Below the pieces are notes generated by a model. The model had not been told where the DNA came from. It saw only the letters and a list, made by a program, of their open reading frames with translations, and searched no databases. Shown here piece after piece: positions 57,850 to 64,000 of a stretch of 64,000 bases of DNA. Numbering within the stretch: position 1 is the first letter of the stretch; each line of letters starts with the position of its first letter. The translations under genes and the position numbers were made by a program. This stretch comes from the human T2T-CHM13v2.0 reference genome, Homo sapiens: the NCBI RefSeq assembly GCF_009914755.1, contig NC_060932.1. One strand, given 5' to 3'.

Positions 57850-59083
57850 GGAGGAGAGGAAGAAGAAGATGAAGGAAGAGGAGGAGGGGGAGGAAGAACA
57901 TTATACTCAGTTCAGTTTGGGATCTAGATGCATTGAATTCTTTAAAGTATTGGCAAGTTCTCAGTGATATGTAAGGCAATTCTTCGTAAGCAGACGGTTC
58001 AAATGTTTGGAAGTTCCCTAGACTTGAGAACAAAATAGCCTTCAGCATTTTTTTTTTCCATCTGTATTCTTTCTTCTAGCCAGAAGCCAACTACTGGGCA
58101 TCTTTGAAGGTAAACCATTTTCTGATAAATTGTAGGCTGAAAACAATTTGTATTTTCATTTCCAGATTGCTTGGCATCAGGGATCCAATTGCATTGAACT
58201 GATCAATGGCACATATCTGGGGGAGTCCTGAATGCATCCAATCTATCGTCACCAATCCTCTGTGGTTTTGCCCTGACAGCTTCCATGTGGGCTCAGAGAA
58301 GGGCTGGGCTGCCAAAGGATTGTAAATATGAGCCTGGGGTGGGGCCCAAGTCTTCCAGATGTGGCTGCTTTCGCATTTTCAGTGTGAATTCAAGGGACCT
58401 ACCCTACTCTCTGACGGAGATAACAAGTGTCAAATCTCATAATCAGAAAAATGTGGTCATTTAAGTGAGAATGTCCACAAACAACTTTTCTTTTTCACCT
58501 CCTCTGTGGCTAACAAGTACCATAAACCTGGGTTCCTCTTCTCTCTGGTCAATTTGGGCATTCTAAGGCCGTGTTTGAGCATTCATTAACTTTGTGAAGT
58601 CATGAATTTTGGCTCCTCCTTTTATGTATCTTTCTAGGAGAACCAATACAGTGTCTGACTGGACAAGAATATTATATGAGGAAGTAATATATCAAATGAG
58701 TCAATGTGTGTCTGACCAGAACTTCCTCATTCTGTTGGCTTCCCCTGCTCTGGCTTAGTGGTGGTAGGAAGTATTTCAAGTTAAATTCCTGTGGTCACTT
58801 TTCCCATTTTCAGGCAATGGGTCATGTGCACTGGGATTAGCCAAGCATTTTGCTTCTCTGTCTTCGTCATTTAAGTGTACTTTTCACAAAGCACGTTTCT
58901 TACCCAAATGGGAAAACAGAAAAAATGTAAAGGACTATTTGGCCACTTGCTGATTACCATGATGTTGAATTCAGTGGAGCGCTTGCTGGAATAAGGGGAA
59001 GTGGCGGAATTATCCTTAGTTCTTTCTTTACCTGAAAATACCTTTATTGCCTCTGAAATATAACGTATAAAAACCCCAAATAA

Positions 59084-59393
59084 GGCCAGGCGCCGTGGCT
59101 CACGCCTCTAATTCCAACACTTTGGGAGACTGAGGTGGGTGGATCACCTGAGTTCAGGAGTTCGAGACCAGCCTGACCAACATAGTGAAACCCTGTCTAT
59201 ACTAAAAATACAAAAAATTAGCCGGGCATGGTGGCAGGCACCTATAATCTCAGCTACTTGGGAGGCTGAGGCAGGAGGTGGAGGTTGCAGTGAGACGAGA
59301 TCATGCCATTGCACTCCAGCCTGGGCAACAAGAGCAAAACTCTGTCTCAAAAAAAAAAAAAAAAACAAAAAACCCTAAAACAAACAAACAAAC
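59084..59393 (+). mobile_element. AluS with right-arm deletion
   Basis: gaggcaggag-gtggagg junction; TSD aaaaac(c/t)ccaaataa. Confidence 0.92.
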
Positions 59394-59708
59394 AAAAACT
59401 CCAAATAAAACATGTAACATCAATTAGTAGAAGCAGTAGATAAACTGATGTCTTTACTTTGTTTAGTGTGAAATGTTTTAAATATTTTGAAGTATTTTGA
59501 TGTGTTCAGTCTTTGAATCCAAAGGAAGAAAATCTGATTTCAATTTTGAAAAGCTTTTAATGTATACATCTCAATGAACATTTTTTTCTCCAAAGGCTAT
59601 AAAGCTTATTTTAACTATGTCTCCATTGCTTAAGAGTTAATGCTCCTCTTTTTATATAGATCTATTGATTTCATATTTTCTCCTAATGAAACACACCTGA
59701 AGTATATA

Positions 59709-60121
59709 TAGTTGACCCTTGAACAACATTGGTTTGAGCTGTGCGGATCCACTTACATGCAGATTTTTCTCAGCCTCCGCCACCCCTGAGACAGCAAGAC
59801 AAACCTTTCCTCCGCCTCCTTAACGTGAAGATGACTAGGGTAAAGACCTTTATGATAATCTACTTTATTTAATTATTACTAAGTGTATGTTCTCTTCCTT
59901 ATGATTTTTTAAAATAACATTTTGTTTTCTGTAGCTTACTTCATTGTAAGAATATAGTATATAATGCATAGAACATGCAAAATAGGTGTTTACTGACTGT
60001 TTCACTTATCGATTGGGCTTCTAGTCAAAAGCAGACTGTTTTAGTTAAGTTTTTGGAGAATCAAAAGTTATACGTGAACGTGTCGATGCCTCTAACCCCT
60101 GTGTTGTTCAAGGGTCAACTG
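59709..60121. mobile_element. Tigger2a (MER28) DNA transposon
   Basis: TIRs agttgacccttgaacaaca / tgttgttcaagggtcaactg with TA flanks. Confidence 0.88.
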
Positions 60122-60302
60122 TAATTAAGTACTCCCCACTGCCCTCAGCCTGTGGCTGATTATGGCAGTGAGTCTCAAATGGGGGTGACAGCAAGTCAGA
60201 CAGTCCTCTTAGAAGGGAGTACCAAAATGTTGGGGGGACACAAAAATGTCTATGTTGGAGTTAGGGAAAAATGTTTATTTCCATATTTTACATGATTTGT
60301 AA

Positions 60303-60593
60303 TTTTTTTTTTTTTTGAGGCAGATTCTTCCTGTCACCAGGCTGGAGTGCAGTGGCATGATCTTGGCTCACTGTAACCTCCGCCTCCTGGGTTCAAGCCA
60401 TTCTCCTGGCTCAGCCTCCTGAGTAGCTGGGATTACAGGCGCCCACCACCACGCCCAGCTAATTTTTGTATTTTTAGTTAAGACGGGGTTTCACCGTGTT
60501 GGCCAGGATGGTCTCGATCTCCTGACCTCATGATCCGCCCGCTTCGGCCTCCCAGAGTGCTGGGATTACAGGCGTGAGCTACCGCACCTGGCT
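60303..60593 (-). mobile_element. AluS (Sc/Sg-like)
   Basis: Antisense Alu; flanking tgtaat repeat. Confidence 0.93.
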
Positions 60594-62385
60594 GTAATGT
60601 TTATAGATAAAAATATTCCTTATTGAGGATACAATTAAAATTACAGAAGGTCTATACAATTCTATAAATTATGAGTATTACTTTTTACTATTAAAATGAT
60701 GCCTATAAAAAGCTCGTCATAACATGGAACAAGAGGTTAATAATATAAAGTTCAACAAATCAGGATAAAAACATAGGTATAAAATAAGGATATTTTCATA
60801 TTTTTATCCTGATGTCATCTGGATAAACACAAAAGAATGGGAACAAAACTGAAAAGAAATGTGCCAAAAATGATAACAGTAATTCCCTGTGTTCACTAGG
60901 ATTATAGACAGGTTTCTGTTTCTTAATGCTTTTATTTGTCTAGTTATTTGCCATAAGCTGATACTATTTTTGATAGTGGAATAATGTTTAAAATGAAATA
61001 AAGGAAACAAGAGTGCTTGAGGCAGAAGTAGAGCTCTTATATTATGTCTTCCAAGTTAATTCCCTCCTGGATATTAGGGAATTCTCACTTTGAGTAAACA
61101 GGGCCATTCACAATTAACAGGCACCCTTCTATCCCTATAGCTTCTTGAATTGTTTTCACCACGCCATTTTATTAAGCCTCCCTTTCAAGGAGGCTCCCTG
61201 TGTCAAGTAGACACAGCTCTGCTTTCGGTTCAGTTTACTTTCATTCCTGTATGTGAGAAGAGCTTTCTTGCTGGAAGGAGGTTTTCAGATGTCTATGGGT
61301 ATCCTTCATGTTCTCACAGCCTCATCTTGAGCTGCTCTTTAGGCATTGCCTATTCATTGCATGGGGCAGAATACTTAAAGATAGCTTTGTCTGCCTGTTC
61401 CCATTGGTTGGCAGATGCCTCTGAAAAAAGACAGAAAAGCCCATCCACTCTTGGACCGTAAGCTAGCCATTCATGTATTGAAGTCACTGGAGGCTGATGT
61501 AATGATAGCAACCATTCATGTTGGCAGACAAGAGAACTCTGTATGTAAGACAGAAGACTGGGGTGCTTTTAACTAGCCATTCCTCACATGGAAACGATGT
61601 TTTAGGGCTCTGATTGGCTGGACATCGATGTATTTTGAAGGGGGTCTGAGGTGGTCTTAAGTAGTACAATACTTCCAGAGGGTGAGCTCCTTCCTTCTTC
61701 AGTCTGATAAGTAAAAATATGTGGACTATTATGAAAATAAATCATAATAACAATTTGTCAATTTGATAAAACACCATAAGGGTACTTTTTAAAGCCCTGT
61801 GGTCAGTATCCCCAAACACATCTTTTTCCCATACAAAACTAAAATCACCAATAAAGAAAAGGCTGCTGGCAAAAATGTGAGTACTGGGCACTGTTTTGTG
61901 CCTCAGGATGAAAGGCATACAATGAGGTGATTAAAAACATGCTGACTTTAGAAATTTGGGGCTTAATTAATGAGTTAATGATGGGAATAGGGCTCCTTTT
62001 CTTCAGTATTCAAAATTCCAATAATAAATAGTTGTGTTTTGGAAGTTCATCCACAAAGATTCTTGGGTGAGTAGGGGGCTGTTATTCATGGCTGAGTTAT
62101 AATAACACTTGGGATCTGTAGACTGTCCAAAAAGGTAACAGAAACCCAGGCTTTCATCAACACTTTCATGAGAGAGATTGTATTGTAGGTTAATAGTTCT
62201 TTTCTGAAGAAAATTTTTCAGTTCTGTTTAGCAAATCTGTTATCTACAAAGAACAAAAGAGATTTGAACCTTATTAGACAATGCATTCAGTATGTGAGCC
62301 AAAGTATGAATTTCTCAAGCCGTACTTCTCTGACAAATTCTTCCCTCAGAACTGAGGAAATTTTGATTTAAATTGCCCAGATATT

Positions 62386-62422
62386 GGCTCTGTTGCGCAA
62401 TGGATAGCGCATTGGACTTCTA
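62386..62422 (+). pseudogene. Tailless retrocopy of the 5' half of tRNA-Arg(TCT)
   Basis: ggctctgttgcgcaatggatagcgcattggacttcta matches tRNA-Arg-TCT nt 1-37 as recalled (one mismatch); anticodon at 62419-62421; perfect flanking repeat aaattgcccagatatt (62370-62385 / 62422-62437). Confidence 0.92.
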
Positions 62423-62569
62423 AATTGCCCAGATATTTTCTAATCTCCATTTTTTATGCAATAGCTGAATGGAGTTATAATACAGTTTCCTGAGATTATG
62501 GCTGATATATTAAACTTCACAAATCTTTGTTTTATTTTCTTTTTCTTAGAGTTGATTTTGTTGTCTTGT

Positions 62570-63043
62570 TGTCACGTGCATCCGTGTGAAGGGACCACCA
62601 AACAGGCTTTGTGTGAGCATCAAGGCTGTTTATTTCACCTGGGTGCAGGCGGGCTGAGTCCGAAAAAGGAGTCAGCAAAGGGTGGTGGGATTATCATTAG
62701 ATCTTACAGGTTTTGGGGATAGTCGGTGGAATTAGGAGCAATGTTTTGCAGGCAGGGGGTGGATCTCACAAAGTACATTCTCAAGGGTGGGGAGAATTAC
62801 CAAAAACCTTCTTAAGGGTGGGTGAGATTACAAAGAAACTTCTTAAGGGTGGGGGAGATTACAAAGTACATTGATCAGTTAGAGTGGGGCAGAAAGAAAT
62901 CACAATGGTGGAATGTCCTCAGTTAAGGCAGGAACTGCCCATTTTCACTTCTTTGTGGATCTTCAGTTGCTTCAGGCCAGCTGGATGTATATATGCAGGT
63001 CACAGGGGATATGATGGCTTAGCTTGGGCTCAGAGGCCTGACA
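62570..63043 (-). mobile_element. HERV-H LTR7B (type II) solo LTR, unexpanded
   Basis: Homologous to 27915-29246 with ~2.5 U3 repeat units; 5-bp TSD cttgt (62565-62569 / 63044-63048). Confidence 0.93.
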
Positions 63044-63052
63044 CTTGTCTTA

Positions 63053-63451
<399 letters not shown>

Positions 63452-63876
63452 TTAATCACTCTGTGATAAGAAGTACCCATACAGACAATTAAGACAAAAA
63501 ACTATTAAAAAATACAGTTGAAGAGAAAAAGAGTAAGAAAAATATCAATCATTCTCCATTTATTTTTGAAATACATAGGTATATTTTCAGGGGACAGGAT
63601 GTGTATGTGTCCAGCAATGATCAGGAGCTAAGGCAATCGCAGTGTATTATACAAAGCTGGCTGCTGCTCCCAGAATGCTTCTAATCAGGCAGCAGGGATG
63701 AGCACTCAGATGTAGGTATAATAATCTAACTACCGTTTGGACAGGACATGATATAATGAGATCCCCTCAGGATGCTATAGCTGAAGTGACAGAAACCCAA
63801 TTCAAACTGATTTAAGCATGAAAGAAAATTCTTTGGCTCACAAAGCTGAAAAATTTAAAAGTAGGTTGGTTGGATC

Positions 63877-63922
63877 TGATATGGACAGGAGGCAGGGAAA
63901 TACTAGGTAGAAAAAAGTGGGG
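63877..63922 (+). mobile_element. Start of a MER50-like ERV1 LTR
   Basis: tgatatggacaggaggcagggaaatact; interrupted by an Alu. Confidence 0.6.
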
Positions 63923-64000
63923 GGCCAGGGGTGGTGGCTCATGCCTGTAACCCCAGCACTTTGGGAGGCCGAGATGGGTGGATCACCTGAGGTTAGGAAT
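63923..64000 (+). mobile_element. Alu 5' end, cut by the window edge
   Basis: ggccaggggtggtggctcatgcctgtaaccccagcactttgggaggccgag. Confidence 0.92.

Noticed and set aside
62386-62422. Functional tRNA-Arg gene
   Set aside because: No intron, 3' half, B box or acceptor-stem partner follows; it is flanked by a TSD

Overview
Primate (very likely human) non-coding genomic DNA. It is AT-rich, has no CpG island and no protein-coding gene I can support. About 29 Alu/FLAM copies are interspersed with old MIR/L2/CR1 remnants, MaLR/ERVL LTRs (MSTA, MLT1, THE1, MLT2, LTR33), ERV1 solo LTRs (two HERV-H LTR7B, MER4A, LTR2, MER41A, MER50) and DNA transposons (MER58B, MER44, Tigger2a). Family names are from recalled consensus sequences, not a database search. 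I did not find a new multi-gene system. The most notable features are: (1) a HERV-H LTR7B solo LTR whose U3 repeat has expanded into a minisatellite of 28 perfect 30-bp units carrying GGATTA and GGGTGGG motifs; (2) a TSD-flanked, tailless retrocopy of the 5' half of tRNA-Arg(TCT) whose single mismatch is at G9; (3) a composite templated insertion inside a MER58B, built from sequence on both sides of it; (4) probable gene conversion between two neighbouring AluY copies; (5) several TE-free, motif-dense candidate enhancers.
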